NCBI GenBank assembly: GCA_964016885.1
Contig: OZ024743.1
Location: 210,428,001-210,492,000, forward strand
DNA length: 64,000 nucleotides
From: Eledone cirrhosa
Taxonomy: Eukaryota
Direction: 5' to 3'
This document shows, in pieces, positions 29,901-46,700 of this stretch. How positions within the stretch are numbered: position 1 is the stretch's first letter; each line of letters starts with the position of its first letter. The notes beneath the pieces were generated by a model, which was given only the letters and a program-made list of their open reading frames with translations, had not been told where the DNA came from and ran no database searches. The translations under genes and the position numbers were made by a program.

Positions 29901-31038
29901 GAAAGCTCTTCACTCCATAAGATATACCACAGTTTAACATCCTATGGCCACAGATGAAAGCTCTTCACTCCATAAGTTATACCATAGTGTACCATCCTAT
30001 AGCGGGATCAAAGCTCTTCACTCCATAAGATATACCACAGTCTACCATCCAACAGTCACACATGAAAGCTCTTCACTCCATTAGATATACCACAGTTTAC
30101 CATCCTATAGCCACACATGAAACTCTTCACTCCATAGGATATACCACAGTTTACCATCCTATAGCCACACATGAATGCTCTTCACTCCATAGGATATACC
30201 ACAGTTTACCATCCTATAGCCATACATGAACGCTTTTCAGTCCATAAGATATACCACAGTTTACCATCCTATAGCCATACATGAAAGCTCTTCAGTCCAT
30301 AAGATATACCACAGTTTACCACCTTATAGCCACAGATGAAAGCTCTTAACTCCATAAGATATACCATAGTTTATCATTCTATAGCCACACATTAAAGCTC
30401 TTCACTCCATAAGTTATACCACAGTTTACCATCCTATAGCCACAGATGAAAGCTCTTCACTCCATAAGATATACTACAGTTTACCTTCCTATAGCCAGAT
30501 GAAAGCTCTTCACTCCATAAGATATACCACAGTTTACCATCCTATAGCCACAGATGAAAGCTCTTCACTCCATATTATATACCACAGTTTACCATCCTAT
30601 AGCAAGATGAAAGCTCTTCACTCCATAAGATATACCACAGTTTGCCATCCTATAGCCACACATGAAAGCTCTTCACTCCATAAGATATACCACAGTTTAC
30701 CATCCTATAGCCACAGATGAAAGCTCTTCACTCCATAAGATATACCACAGTTTACCATCCTATGGCCACACATGAAAGCTCTTCACTCCATAGGATATAC
30801 CACAGTTTACCATCCTATAGCCACACATGAAAGCTCTTCACTCCATAGGATATACCACAGTTTACCATCCTATAGCCACACATGAAAGCTCTTCACTCCA
30901 TAACCATAGTTTACCATTCTATAGCCACACATGAAAGCTCTTCACTCCATAAGATATACCACAGTTTACCATCCTATAGCCACAGATGAAAGCTCTTTAC
31001 ACCATGAGATATACCACAGTTTACCATCCTATAGCCAG

Positions 31039-31417
31039 ATGAAAGCTCTTCACTCCATAAGATATACCACAGATTACCATCCTATCTCCACAGATGAAAG
31101 CTCTTCAGTCCATAAGATATACCACAGTTTACCATCGTATGGCCACACATGAAAGCTCTTCACCCATAAGATATACCACAGTTTACCATCCTTTCGTAAG
31201 ATGAAAGCTCTTCACTCCATAAGATATACCACAGATTACCATCCTATCTCCACAGATGAAAGCTCTTCAGTCCATAAGATATACCACAGTTTACCATCCT
31301 ATGGCCACACATGAAAGCTCTTCACCCATAAGATATACCACAGTTTACCATCCTTTCGTAAGATGAAAGCTCTTCACTCCATAAGATATACCACAGATTA
31401 CCATCCTATAGCCACAG
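31039..31417. repeat. Local 162-bp (3-monomer, 55+55+52) duplication, about 2.3 copies
   Basis: Monomers carrying CAGATTACC start at 31039, 31201 and 31363. The CAGTCC and CACCCATAAG..CTTTCGTAAG monomers repeat in between. Confidence 0.9.
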
Positions 31418-34400
31418 ATGAAAGCTCTTCACTCCATAAGATATACCACAGTTTACCATCCTATAGCCACAGATGAAAGCTCTTCACTACATAGGATATA
31501 CCACAGTTACCATCCTATAGCCACACATGAAAGCTCGTCACTCCATAAGATATACCACAGTTTACTATCCTATTGCCAGATGAAAACTCTTCACTCCATA
31601 AGATATAGCAGTTTACCATTCTATGTCCACACATGAAAGCTCTTCACCCCATAAGATATACCAGTTTACCATCCTATGGCTACCCATGAAAGCTCTTCAC
31701 TCCATAAGATATACCACAGTTTACCATCCTATAGCTACAGATGAACGCTCTTCACTCCATAAGATATACCACAGTTTACCATCCTATAGCCACAGATGAA
31801 AGCTCTTCACTCCATAAGATATACCACAGTTTACCATCCTATAGCGAGATGAAAGCTCTTCACCCCATAAGATATACCACAGTTTACCATTCTGTAGCAA
31901 GATTAAAGCTCTTCACTCCATAAGATATACCACAGTTTACCATCCTATAGCCACACATGAAAGATCTTCACTGCATAAGATATACCACAGTTTACCATCC
32001 TATAGCCACACATGAAAGCACTTCACTCCATAAGATATACCACAGTTTACCATCCTATAGCCAGATGAAAGCTCTTCACTCCATAAGATATACCACAGTT
32101 TACCATCCTATGGCCACGCATGAAAACTCTTCACTCCATAAGATATACCACAGTTTAACATCCTATAGCCACAGATGAAAGCTCTTCCCTCCATAAGATA
32201 AACTACAGTTTACCATTCTATAGCCAGATGAAAGCTCTTCACTCCATAAGATATACCACAGTTTACCATCCTATAGCCAGACATGAAAGCTCTTCACTCC
32301 ATAAGATATACCACAGTTTACCATCCTATAGCCACAGATGAAATCTCTTCACTCCATAAGATATACCACAGTTTACCATCCTATGGCCACACATGAAAGC
32401 TCTTCACTCCATAGGATATACCACAGTTTACCATCCTATAGCCAGATGAAATCTCTTCACTCCATAAGATATATCACAGTTTACCATCCTATAGCCACAG
32501 ATGAAAGCTCTTCACTCCATAAGATATACCACAGTTTACTATCCTATGGCCACAAATGAAAGCTCTTCACTCCATAAGATATACCACAGTTTACCATCCT
32601 ATAGCCACACATGAAAGCTCTTCACTCCATAAGAATTACCACAGTTTACCATTCTATGTCCACACATGAAAGCTCTTCACCCCATAAGATATACCACAGT
32701 TTACCATCCTATGGCTACCCATGAAAGCTCTTCACTCCATAAGATATACCACAGTTTACCATCCTATAGCCACAGATGAACGCTCTTCACTCCATAAGAT
32801 ATACCACAGTTTACCATCCTATAGCCACAGATGAAAGCTCTTCACTCCATAAGATATACCACAGTTTACCATCCTATAGCGAGATGAAAGCTCTTCACCC
32901 CATAAGATATACCACAGTTTACCATCCTGTAGCAAGATTAAAGCTCTTCACTCCATAAGATATACCACAGTTTACCATTCTATAGACACACATGAAAGAT
33001 CTTCACTGCATAAGATATACCACAGTTTACCATCCTATAGCCACACATGAAAGCTCTTCACTCCATAAGATATACCACAGTTTACCATCCTATAGCCAGA
33101 TGAAAGCTCTTCACTCCATAAGATATACCACAGTTTACCATCCTATAGCCACACATGAAAGCTCTTTACTCCATAGGATATACCACAGTTTACCATCCTA
33201 TAGCCACAGATGAAATCTCTTCACTCCATAAGATATACCACAGTTTACCATCCTATGGCCACACATGAAAGCTCTTCACTCCATAAGATATACCACAGTT
33301 TACCATCCTATAGCCAGACATGAAAGCTCTTCACTCCATAAGATATACCACAGTTTACCATCCTATAGCCACAGATGAAATCTCTTCACTCCATAAGATA
33401 TACTACAGTTTACCATCCTATGGCCACACATGAAAGCTCTTCACTCCATAGGATATACCACAGTTTACCATCCTATAGCCAGATGAAATCTCTTCACTCC
33501 ATAAGATATATCACAGTTTACCTCCTATAGCCACAGATGAAAGCTCTTCACTCCATAAGATATACCACAGTTTACTATCCTATGGCCACAAATGAAAGCT
33601 CTTCACTCCATGAGATATACCACAGTTTACCATCCTATAGCCACACATGAAAGCTCTTCACTCCATAAGAATTACCACAGTTTACCATTCTATGTCCACA
33701 CATGAAAGCTCTTCACCCCATAAGATATACCACAGTTTACCATCATATGGCTACCCATGAAAGCTCTTCACTCCATAAGATATACCACAGTTTACCATCC
33801 TATAGCCACAGATGAAAGCTCTTCACTCCATAAGATATACCACAGTTTACCATCCTATAGCGAGATGAAAGCTCTTCACCCCATAAGATATACCACAGTT
33901 TACCATCCTGTAGCAAGATTAAAGCTCTTCACTCCATAAGATATACCACAGTTTACCATCCTATAGCCACACATGAAAGATCTTCACTGCATAAGATATA
34001 CCACAGTTTACCATCCTATAGCCACACATGAAAGCTCTTCACTCCATAAGATATACCACAGTTTACCATCCTATAGCCAGATGAAAGCTCTTCACTCCAT
34101 AAGATATACCACAGTTTACCATCCTATGGCCACGCATGAAAACTCTTCACTCCATAAGATATACCACAGTTTAACATCCTATAGCCACAGATGAAAGCTC
34201 TTCACTCCATAAGATATACTACAGTTTACCATCCTATAGCCAGATGAAAGCTCTTCACTCCATAAGATATACCACAGTTTACCATCCTATAGCCACAGAT
34301 GAAAGCTCTTCACTCCATAATATATACCACAGTTTACCATCCTATAGCAAGATGAAAGCTCTTCACTCCATAAGATATACCACAGTTTACCATCCTATAG

Positions 34401-37400
34401 TCAGACATGAAAGCTCTTCACTCCATAAGATATACCACAGTTTACCATCCTATAGCCACACATGAAAGCTCTTTACTCCATAGGATATACCACAGTTTAC
34501 CATCCTATAGCCACACATGAAAGCTCTTCACTCCATAACCATAGTTTACCATTCTATAGCCACACATGAAAGCTCTACACTCCATAAGATATACCACAGT
34601 TTACCATCCTATAGCCACAGATGAAAGCTCTTTACACCATGAGATATACCACAGTTTACCATCCTATAGCCAGATTAAAGCTCTTCACTCCATAAGATAT
34701 ACCACAGATTACCATCCTATCTCCACAGATGAAAGCTCTTCAGTCCATAAGATATACCACAGTTTACCATCCTATGGCCACACATGAAAGCTCTTCACCC
34801 ATAAGATATACCACAGTTTACCATCCTTTCGCAAGATGAAAGCTCTTCACTCCATAGGATATACCACAGTTTACCATCCTATAGCCACACATGAAAGCTC
34901 GTCACTCCATAAGATATACCACAGTTTACTATCCTATTGCCAGATGAAAACTCTTCACTCCATAAGATATAGCAGTTTACCATCCTATAGCCACAGATGA
35001 AAGCTCTTCACTCCATAAGATATACCAGTTTACCATCCTATAGCCACAGATGAAAGCTCTTCACTCCACAAGATATACCACAGTTCACCACCCTATAGCC
35101 AGATGAAAGCTCTTCACTCCATAAGATATACCACAGTTTACCATCCTATAGCCACGCATGAAAGCTCTTCACTCCATAAGATATACGACAGTTTACCATC
35201 ATATAGCCACAGATGAATGCACATCACTCCATAAGATATACCACAGTTTACCATCCTATAGCCACAGATGAAAGCTCTTCACCCCATAAGTTATACCACA
35301 GTTTACCATTCTATATCCAGATGAAAGCTCTTCACTCCATAAGATATACCACAGTTTACCATCCTATAGCCACACATGAAAGCTCTTCACTCCATAAGAT
35401 ATACCACAGTTTACCATCCTATAGCGAGATGAAAGCTCTTCACCCCATAAGATATACCACAGTTTACCATCCTGTAGCAAGATTAAAGCTCTTCACTCCA
35501 TAAGATATACCACAGTTTACCATCCTATAGCCACACATGAAAGATCTTCACTGCATAAGATATACCACAGTTTACCATCCTATAGCCACACATGAAAGCT
35601 CTTCACTCCATAAGATATACCACAGTTTACCATCCTATAGCCAGATGAAAGCTCTTCACTCCATAAGATATACCACAGTTTACCATCCTATGGCCACGCA
35701 TGAAAACTCTTCACTCCATAAGATATACCACAGTTTAACATCCTATAGCCACAGATGAAAGCTCTTCCCTCCATAAGATATACTAAAGTTTACCATCCTA
35801 TAGCCAGATGAAAGCTCTTCACTCCATAAGATATACCACAGTTTACCATCCTATAGCCACAGATGAAAGCTCTTCACTCCATAATATATACCACAGTTTA
35901 CCATCCTATAGCAAGATGAAAGCTCTTCACTCCATAAGATATACCACAGTTTACCATCCTATAGCCAGACATGAAAGCTCTTCACTCCATAAGATATACC
36001 ACAGTTTACCATCCTATAGCCACAGATGAAATCTCTTCACTCCATAAGATATACCACAGTTTACCATCCTATGGCCACACATGAAAGCTCTTCACTCCAT
36101 AGGATATACCACAGTTTACCATCCTATAGCCAGATGAAATCTCTTCACTCCATAAGATATATCACAGTTTACCTCCTATAGCCACAGATGAAAGCTCTTC
36201 ACTCCATAAGATATACCACAGTTTACTATGCTATGGCCACAAATGAAAGCTCTTCACTCCATAAGATATACCACAGTTTACCATCCTATAGCCACACATG
36301 AAAGCTCTTCACTCCATAAGAATTACCACAGTTTACCATTCTATGTCCACACATGAAAGCTCTTCAGCCCATAAGATATACCACAGTTTACCATCCTATG
36401 GCTACCCATGAAAGCTCTTCACTCCATAAGATATACCACAGTTTACCATCCTATAGCCACAGATGAACGCTCTTCACTCCATAAGATATACCACAGTTTA
36501 CCATCCTATAGCCACAGATGAAAGCTCTTCACACCATAAGATATACCACAGTTTACCATCCTATAGCGAGATGAAAGCTCTTCACCCCATAAGATATACC
36601 ACAGTTTACCATCCTGTAGCAAGATTAAAGCTCTTCACTCCATAAGATATACCACAGTTTACCATCCTATAGCCAGATGAAAGGTCTTCACTCCATAAGA
36701 TATACCACAGTTTACCATCCTATGGCCACGAATGAAAACTCTTCACTCCATAAGATATACCACAGTTTAACATCCTATAGCCACAGATGAAAGCTCTTCA
36801 CTCCATAAGATATACTACAGTTTACCATCCTATAGCCAGATGAAAGCTCTTCACTCCATAAGATATACCACAGTTTACCATCCTATAGCCACAGATGAAA
36901 GCTCTTTACACCATGAGATATACCACAGTTTACCATCCTATAGCCAGATGAAAGCTCTTCACTCCATAAGATATACCACAGATTACCATCCTATCTCCAC
37001 AGATGAAAGCTCTTCAGTCCATAAGATATACCACAGTTTACCATCCTATGGCCACACATGAAAGCTCTTCACCCATAAGATATACCACAGTTTACCATCC
37101 TTTCGCAAGATGAAAGCTCTTCACTCCATAGGATATACCACAGTTTACCATCCTATAGCCACACATGAAAGCTCGTCACTCCATAAGATATACCACAGTT
37201 TACTATCCTATTGCCAGATGAAAACTCTTCACTCCATAAGATATAGCAGTTTACCATCCTATAGCCACAGATGAAAGCTCTTCACTCCATAAGATATACC
37301 ACAGTTTACCACCCTATAGCCAGATGAAAGCTCTTCACTCCATAAGATATACCAGTTTACCATCCTATAGCCACAGATGAAAGCTCTTTACTCCATAAGA

Positions 37401-37702
37401 TATACCACAGTTCACCACCCTATAGCCAGATGAAAGCTCTTCACTCCATAAGATATATCACAGTTTACCATCCTATAGCCACACATGAAAGCTCTTCACT
37501 CCATAAGATATACCACAGTTTACCATCATATAGCCACAGATGAATGCACATCACTCCATAAGATATACCACAGTTTACCATCCTATAGCCACAGATGAAA
37601 GCTCTTCACCCCATAAGATATACCACAGTTTACCATTCTATATCCAGATGAAAGCTCTTCACTCCATAAGATATACCACAGTTTACCATCCTATAGCCAC
37701 AC

Positions 37703-40700
37703 ATGAAAGCTCTTCACTCCATTAGATATACCACAGTTTACCATCCTATAGCCACACATGAAACTCTTCACTCCATAGGATATACCACAGTTTACCATCC
37801 TATAGCCACACATGAATGCTCTTCACTCCATAGGATATACCACAGTTTACCATCCTATAGCCATACATGAACGCTTTTCAGTCCATAAGATATACCACAG
37901 TTTACCATGCTATAGCCATACATGAAAGCTCTTCAGTCCATAAGATATACCACAGTTTACCATCTTATAGCCACAGATGAAAGCTCTTAACTCCATAAGA
38001 TATACCATAGTTTATCATTCTATAGCCACACATTAAAGCTCTTCACTCCATAAGTTATACCACAGTTTACCATCCTATAGCCAGATGAAAGCTCTTCACT
38101 CCATAAGATATAGCACAGTCTACCATCCTATAGCCACAGATGAGAGCTCTTCACTCCATATTATATACCACAGTTTACCATCCTATAGCAAGATGAAAGC
38201 TCTTCACTCCATAAGATATACCACAGTTTGCCATCCTATAGCCACACATGAAAGCTCTTCACTCCATTAGATATACCACAGTTTACCATCCTATAGCCAC
38301 AGATGAAAGCTCTTCACTCCATAAGATATACCACAGTTTACCATCCTATGGCCACACATGAAAGCTCTTCACTCCATAGGATATACCACAGTTTACCATC
38401 CTATAGCCACACATGAAAGCTCTTCACTCCATAACCATAGTTTACCATTCTATAGCCACACATGAAAGCTCTTCACTCCATAAGATATACCACAGTTTAC
38501 CATCCTATAGCCACAGATGAAAGCTCTTTACACCATGAGATATACCACAGTTTACCATCCTATAGCCAGATGAAAGCTCTTCACTCCATAAGATATACCA
38601 CAGATTACCATCCTATCTCCACAGATGAAAGCTCTTCAGTCCATAAGATATACCACAGTTTACCATCCTATGGCCACACATGAAAGCTCTTCACCCATAA
38701 GATATACCACAGTTTACCATCCTTTCGCAAGATGAAAGCTCTTCACTCCATAGGATATACCACAGTTACCATCCTATAGCTACAGATGAACGCTCTTCAC
38801 TCCATAAGATATACCACAGTTTACCATCCTATAGCCACAGATGAAAGCTCTTCACTCCATAAGATATACCACAGTTTACCATCCTATAGCCACAGATGAA
38901 AGCTCTTCACTCCATAGGATATACCACAGTTACCATCCTATAGCCACACATGAAAGCTCGTCACTCCATAAGATATACCACAGTTTACTATCCTATTGCC
39001 AGATGAAAACTCTTCACTCCATAAGATATAGCAGTTTACCATTCTATGTCCACACATGAAAGCTCTTCACCCCATAAGATATACCACAGTTTACCATCCT
39101 ATGGCTACCCATGAAAGCTCTTCACTCCATAAGATATACCACAGTTTACCATCCTATAGCTACAGATGAACGCTCTTCACTCCATAAGATATACCACAGT
39201 TTACCATCCTATAGCCAGAGATGAAAGCTCTTCACTCCATAAGATATACCACAGTTTACCATCCTATAGCGAGATGAAAGCTCTTCACCCCATAAGATAT
39301 ACCACAGTTTACCATTCTGGAGCAAGATTAAAGCTCTTCACTCCATAAGATATACCACAGTTTACCATCCTATAGCCACACATGAAAGATCATCACTGCA
39401 TAAGATATACCACAGTTTACCATCCTATAGCCACGCCACGGATGAAAGCTCTTCACTCCATAAGATATACCACAGTTTACCATCCTATGGCCACAGATGA
39501 AAGCTCTTCACTCCATAAGATATACCACAGTTTACCATCCTATAGCCACACATGAAAGCACTTCACTCCATAAGATATACCACAGTTTACCATCCTATAG
39601 CCAGATGAAAGCTCTTCACTCCATAAGATATACCACAGTTTACCATCCTATGGCCACGCATGAAAACTCTTCACTCCATAAGATATACCACAGTTTACCA
39701 TCCTATGGCCACACATGAAAGCTCTTCACTCCATAGGATATACCACAGTTTACCATCCTATAGCCAGATGAAATCTCTTCACTCCATAAGATATATCACA
39801 GTTTACCATCCTATAGCCACAGATGAAAGCTCTTCACTCCATAAGATATATCACAGTTTACCATCCTATAGCCACAGATGAAAGCTCTTCCCTCCATAAG
39901 ATAAACTACAGTTTACCATCCTATAGCCAGATGAAAGCTCTTCACTCCATAAGATATACCACAGTTTACCATCCTATAGCCAGACATGAAAGCTCTTCAC
40001 TCCATAAGATATACCACAGTTTACCATCCTATAGCCACAGATGAAATCTCTTCACTCCATAAGATATACCACAGTTTACCATCCTATGGCCACACATGAA
40101 AGCTCTTCACTCCATAGGATATACCACAGTTTACCATCCTATAGCCAGATGAAATCTCTTCACTCCATAAGATATATCACAGTTTACCATCCTATAGCCA
40201 CAGATGAAAGCTCTTCACTCCATAAGATATACCACAGTTTACTATCCTATGGCCACAAATGAAAGCTCTTCACTCCATAAGATATACCACAGTTTACCAT
40301 CCTATAGCCACACATGAAAGCTCTTCACTCCATAAGAATTACCACAGTTTACCATTCTATGTCCACACATGAAAGCTCTTCACCCCATAAGATATACCAC
40401 AGTTTACCATCCTATGGCTACCCATGAAAGCTCTTCACTCTATAAGATATACCACAGTTTACCATCCTATAGCCACAGATGAACGCTCTTCACTCCATAA
40501 GATATACCACAGTTTACCATCCTATAGCCACAGATGAAAGCTCTTCACTCCATAAGATATACCACAGTTTACCATCCTATAGCGAGATGAAAGCTCTTCA
40601 CCCCATAAGATATACCACAGTTTACCATCCTGTAGCAAGATTAAAGCTCTTCACTCCATAAGATATACCACAGTTTACCATCCTATAGCCACACATGAAA

Positions 40701-43700
40701 TATCTTCACTGCATAAGATATACCACAGTTTACCATCCTATAGCCACACATGAAAGCTCTTCACTCCATAAGATATACCACAGTTTACCATCCTATAGCC
40801 AGATGAAAGCTCTTCACTCCATAAGATATACCACAGTTTACCATCCTATGGCCACGCATGAAAACTCTTCACTCCATAAGATATACCACAGTTTAACATC
40901 CTATTAGCCACAGATGAAAGCTCTTCCCTCCATAAGATATACTACAGTTTACCATCCTATAGCCAGATGAAAGCTCTTCACTCCATAAGGTATACCACAA
41001 TTTACCATCCTATAGCCACAGATGAAAGCTCTTCACTCCATAATATATACCACAGTTTACCATCCTATGGCCACACATGAAAGCTCTTCACTCCATAGGA
41101 TATACCACAGTTTACCATCCTATAGCCAGACATGAAAGCTCTTCACTCCATAAGATATACCACAGTTTACCATCCTATAGCCACAGATGAAATCTCTTCA
41201 CTCCATAAGATATACCACAGTTTACCATCCTATGGCCACACATGAAAGCTCTTCACTCTATAGGATATACCACAGTTTACCATCCTATAGCCAGATGAAA
41301 TCTCTTCACTCCATAAGATATATCACAGTTTACCTCCTATAGCCACAGATGAAAGCTCTTCACTCCATAAGATATACCACAGTTTACTATCCTATGGCCA
41401 CAAATGAAAGCTCTTCACTCCATAAGATATACCACAGTTTACCATCCTATAGCCACACATGAAAGCTCTTCACTCCATAAGAATTACCACAGTTTACCAT
41501 TCTATGTCCACACATGAAAGCTCTTCAGCCCATAAGATATACCACAGTTTACCATCCTATGGCTACCCATGAAAGCTCTTCACTCCATAAGATATACCAC
41601 AGTTTACCATCCTATAGCCACAGATGAACGCTCTTCACTCCATAAGATATACCACAGTTTACCATCCTATAGCCACAGATGAAAGCTCTTCACTCCATAA
41701 GATATACCACAGTTTACCATCCTATAGCGAGATGAAAGCTCTTCACCCCATAAGATATACCACAGTTTACCATCCTGTAGCAAGATTAAAGCTCTTCACT
41801 CCATAAGATATACCACAGTTTACCATCCTATAGCCACACATGAAAGATCTTCACTGCATAAGATATACCACAGTTTACCATCCTATAGCCACACATGAAA
41901 GCTCTTCACTCCATAAGATATACCACAGTTTACCATCCTATAGCCAGATGAAAGCTCTTCACTCCATAAGATATACCACAGTTTACCATCCTATGGCCAC
42001 GCATGAAAACTCTTCACTCCATAAGATATACCACAGTTTAACATCCTATAGCCACAGATGAAAGCTCTTCACTCCATAAGATATACTACAGTTTACCATC
42101 CTATAGCCAGATGAAAGCTCTTCACTCCATAAGATATACCACAGTTTACCATCCTATAGCCACAGATGAAAGCTCTTCACTCCATAATATATACCACAGT
42201 TTACCATCCTATAGCAAGATGAAAGCTCTTCACTCCATAAGATATACCACAGTTTACCATCCTATAGCCAGACATGAAAGCTCTTCACTCCATAAGATAT
42301 ACCACAGTTTACCATCCTATAGCCACACATGAAAGCTCTTTACTCCATAGGATATACCACAGTTTACCATCCTATAGCCACACATGAAAGCTCTTCACTC
42401 CATAACCATAGTTTACCATTCTATAGCCACACATGAAAGCTCTGCACTCCATAAGATATACCACAGTTTACCATCCTATAGCCACAGATGAAAGCTTTTA
42501 CACCATGAGATATACCACAGTTTACCATCCTATAGCCAGATGAAAGCTCATCACTCCATAAGATATACCACAGATTACCATCCTATCTCCACAGATGAAA
42601 GCTCTTCAGTCCATAAGATATACCACAGTTTACCATCCTATGACCACGCATGAAAACTCTTCACTCCATAAGATATACCACAGTTTAACATCCTATAGCC
42701 ACAGATGAAAGCTCTTCCCTCCATAAGATAAACTACAGTTTACCATCCTATAGCCAGATGAAAGCTCTTCACTCCATAAGATATACCACAGTTTACCATC
42801 CTATAGCCAGACATGAAAGCTCTTCACTCCATAAGATATACCACAGTTTACCATCCTATAGCCACAGATGAAATCTCTTCACTCCATAAGATATACCACA
42901 GTTTACCATCCTATGGCCACGCATGAAAGCTCTTCACTCCATAGGATATACCACAGTTTACCATCCTATAGCCAGATGAAATCTCTTCACTCCATAAGAT
43001 GTATCACAGTTTACCATCCTATAGCCACAGATGAAAGCTCTTCACTGCATAAGATATACCACAGTTTACTATCCTATGGCCACAAATGAAAGCTCTTCAC
43101 TCCATAAGATATACCACAGTTTACCATCCTATAGCCACACATGAAAGCTCTTCACTCCATAAGAATTACCACAGTTTACCATTCTATGTCCACACATGAA
43201 AGCTCTTCACCCCATAAGATATACCACAGTTTACCATCCTATGGCTACCCATGAAAGCTCTTCACTCCATAAGATATACCACAGTTTACCATCCTATAGC
43301 CACAGATAAACGCTCTTCACTCCATAAGATATACCACAGTTTACCATCCTATAGCCACAGATGAAAGCTCTTCACTCCATAAGATATACCACAGTTTACC
43401 ATCCTATAGCGAGATGAAAGCTCTTCACCCCATAAGATATACCACAGTTTACCATCCTGTAGCAAGATTAAAGCTCTTCACTCCATAAGATATACCACAG
43501 TTTACGATCCTATAGCCACACATGAAAGATCTTCACTGCATAAGATATACCACAGTTTACCATCCTATAGCCACACATGAAAGCTCTTCACTCCATAAGA
43601 TATACCACAGTTTACCATCCTATAGACAGATGAAAGCTCTTCACTCCATAAGATATACCACAGTTTACCATCCTATGGCCACGCATGAAAACTCTTCACT

Positions 43701-46700
43701 CCATAAGATATACCACAGTTTAACATCCTATAGCCACAGATGAAAGCTCTTCCCTCCATAAGATATACTACAGTTTACCATCCTATAGCCAGATGAAAGC
43801 TCTTCACTCCATAAGATATACCACAGTTTACCATCCTATAGCCACAGATGAAAGCTCTTCACTCCATAATATATACCACAGTTTACCATCCTATAGCAAG
43901 ATGAAAGCTCTTCACTCCATAAGATATACCACAGTTTACCATCCTATGGCCACGCATGAAAACTCTTCACTCCATAAGATATACCACAGTTTAACATCCT
44001 ATAGCCACAGATGAAAGCTCTTCCCTCCATAAGATAAACTACAGTTTACCATCCTATAGCCAGATGAAAGCTCTTCACTCCATAAGATATACCACAGTTT
44101 ACCATCCTATAGCCAGACATGAAAGCTCTTCACTCCATAAGATATACCACAGTTTACCATCCTATAGCCACAGATGAAATCTCTTCACTCCATAAGATAT
44201 ACCACAGTTTACCATCCTATGGCCACACATGAAAGCTCTTCACTCCATAGGATATACCACAGTTTACCATCCTATAGCCAGATGAAATCTCTTCACTCCA
44301 TAAGATATATCACAGTTTACCATCCTATAGCCACAGATGAAAGCTCTTCACTCCATAAGATATACCACAGTTTACTATCCTATGGCCACAAATGAAAGCT
44401 CTTCACTCCATAAGATATACCACAGTTTACCATCCTATAGCGAGATGAAAGCTCTTCACCCCATAAGATATACCACAGTTTACCATCCTGTAGCAAGATT
44501 AAAGCTCTTCACTCCATAAGATATACCACAGTTTACCATCCTATAGCCACACATGAAAGATCTTCACTGCATAAGATATACCACAGTTTACCATCCTATA
44601 GCCACACATGAAAGATCTTCACTGCATAAGATATACCACAGTTTACCATCCTATAGCCACACATGAAAGCTCTTCACTCCATAAGATATACCACAGTTTA
44701 CCATCCTATAGCCAGATGAAAGCTCTTCACTCCATAAGATATACCACAGTTTACCATTCTATGGCCACGCATGAAAACTCTTCACTCCATAAGATATACC
44801 ACAGTTTAACATCCTATAGCCACAGATGAAAGCTCTTCCCTCCATAAGATATACTACAGTTTACCATCCTATAGCCAGATGAAAGCTCTTCACTCCATAA
44901 GATATACCACAGTTTACCATCCTATAGCCACAGATGAAAGCTCTTCACTCCATAATATATACCACAGTTTACCATCCTATAGCAAGATGAAAGCTCTTCA
45001 CTCTATAAGATATACCACAGTTTACCATCCTATAGCCAGACATGAAAGCTCTTCACTCCATAAGATACACCACAGTTTACCATCCTATAGCCACAGATGA
45101 AATCTCTTCACTCCATAAGATATACCACAGTTTACCATCCTATGGCCACACATGAAAGCTCTTCACTCCATAGGATATACCACAGTTTACCATCCTATAG
45201 CCAGATGAAATCTCTTCACTCCATAAGATATATCACAGTTTACCTCCTATAGCCACAGATGAAAGCTCTTCACTCCATAAGATATACCACAGTTTACTAT
45301 CCTATGGCCACAAATGAAAGCTCTTCACTCCATAAGATATACCACAGTTTACCATCCTATAGCCACACATGAAAGCTCTTCACTCCATAAGAATTACCAC
45401 AGTTTACCATTCTATGTCCACACATGAAAGCTCTTCAGCCCATAAGATATACCACAGTTTACCATCCTATGGCTACCCATGAAAGCTCTTCACTCCATAA
45501 GATATACCACAGTTTACCATCCTATAGCCACAGATGAACGCTCTTCACTCCATAAGATATACCACAGTTTACCATCCTATAGCCACAGATGAAAGCTCTT
45601 CACTCCATAAGATATACCACAGTTTACCATCCTATAGCGAGATGAAAGCTCTTCACCCCATAAGATATACCACAGTTTACCATCCTGTAGCAAGATTAAA
45701 GCTCTTCACTCCATAAGATATACCACAGTTTACCATCCTATAGCCACACATGAAAGATCTTCACTGCATAAGATATACCACAGTTTACCATCCTATGGCC
45801 ACGCATGAAAACTCTTCACTCCATAAGATATACCACAGTTTAACATCCTATAGCCACAGATGAAAGCTCTTCACTCCATAAGATATACTACAGTTTACCA
45901 TTCTATAGCCAGATGAAAGCTCTTCACTCCATAAGATATACCACAGTTTACCATCCTATAGCCACAGATGAAAGCTCTTCACTCCATAATATATACCACA
46001 GTTTACCATCCTATAGCAAGATGAAAGCTCTTCACTCCATAAGATATACCACAGTTTACCATCCTATAGCCAGACATGAAAGCTCTTCACTCCATAAGAT
46101 ATACCACAGTTTACCATCCTATAGCCACACATGAAAGCTCTTTACTCCATAGGATATACCACAGTTTACCATCCTATAGCCACACATGAAAGCTCTTCAC
46201 TCCATAACCATAGTTTACCATTCTATAGCCACACATGAAAGCTCTTCACTCCATAAGATATACCACAGTTTACCATCCTATAGCCACAGATCAAAGCTCT
46301 TTACACCATGAGATATACCACAGTTTACCATCCTATAGCCAGATGAAAGCTCTTCACTCCATAAGATATACCACAGATTACCATCCTATCTCCACAGATG
46401 AAAGCTCTTCACTCCATTAGATATACCACAGTTTACCATCCTATAGCCACACATGAAACTCTTCACTCCATAGGATATACCACAGTTTACCATCCTATAG
46501 CCACACATGAATGCTCTTCACTCCATAGGATATACCACAGTTTACCATCCTATAGCCATACATGAACGCTTTTCAGTCCATAAGATATACCACAGTTTAC
46601 CATGCTATAGCCATACATGAAAGCTCTTCAGTCCATAAGATATACCACAGTTTACCATCTTATAGCCACAGATGAAAGCTCTTAACTCCATAAGATATAC

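Larger units (their letters stand above)
9350..41000. repeat. Large degenerate tandem macro-duplication: ~9.35-27.35 kb is collinear with ~27.35-41 kb
   Basis: Collinear ORF pairs are 9458/27461, 9998/28001 and 10750/28753 (18003), 11518/29465 (17947), 13629/31741 through 14880/32992 (18112), 17481/34566 through 18723/35808 (17085), 23491/37540 and 24036/38085 (14049), and 26323/40695 (14372). Confidence 0.8.
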
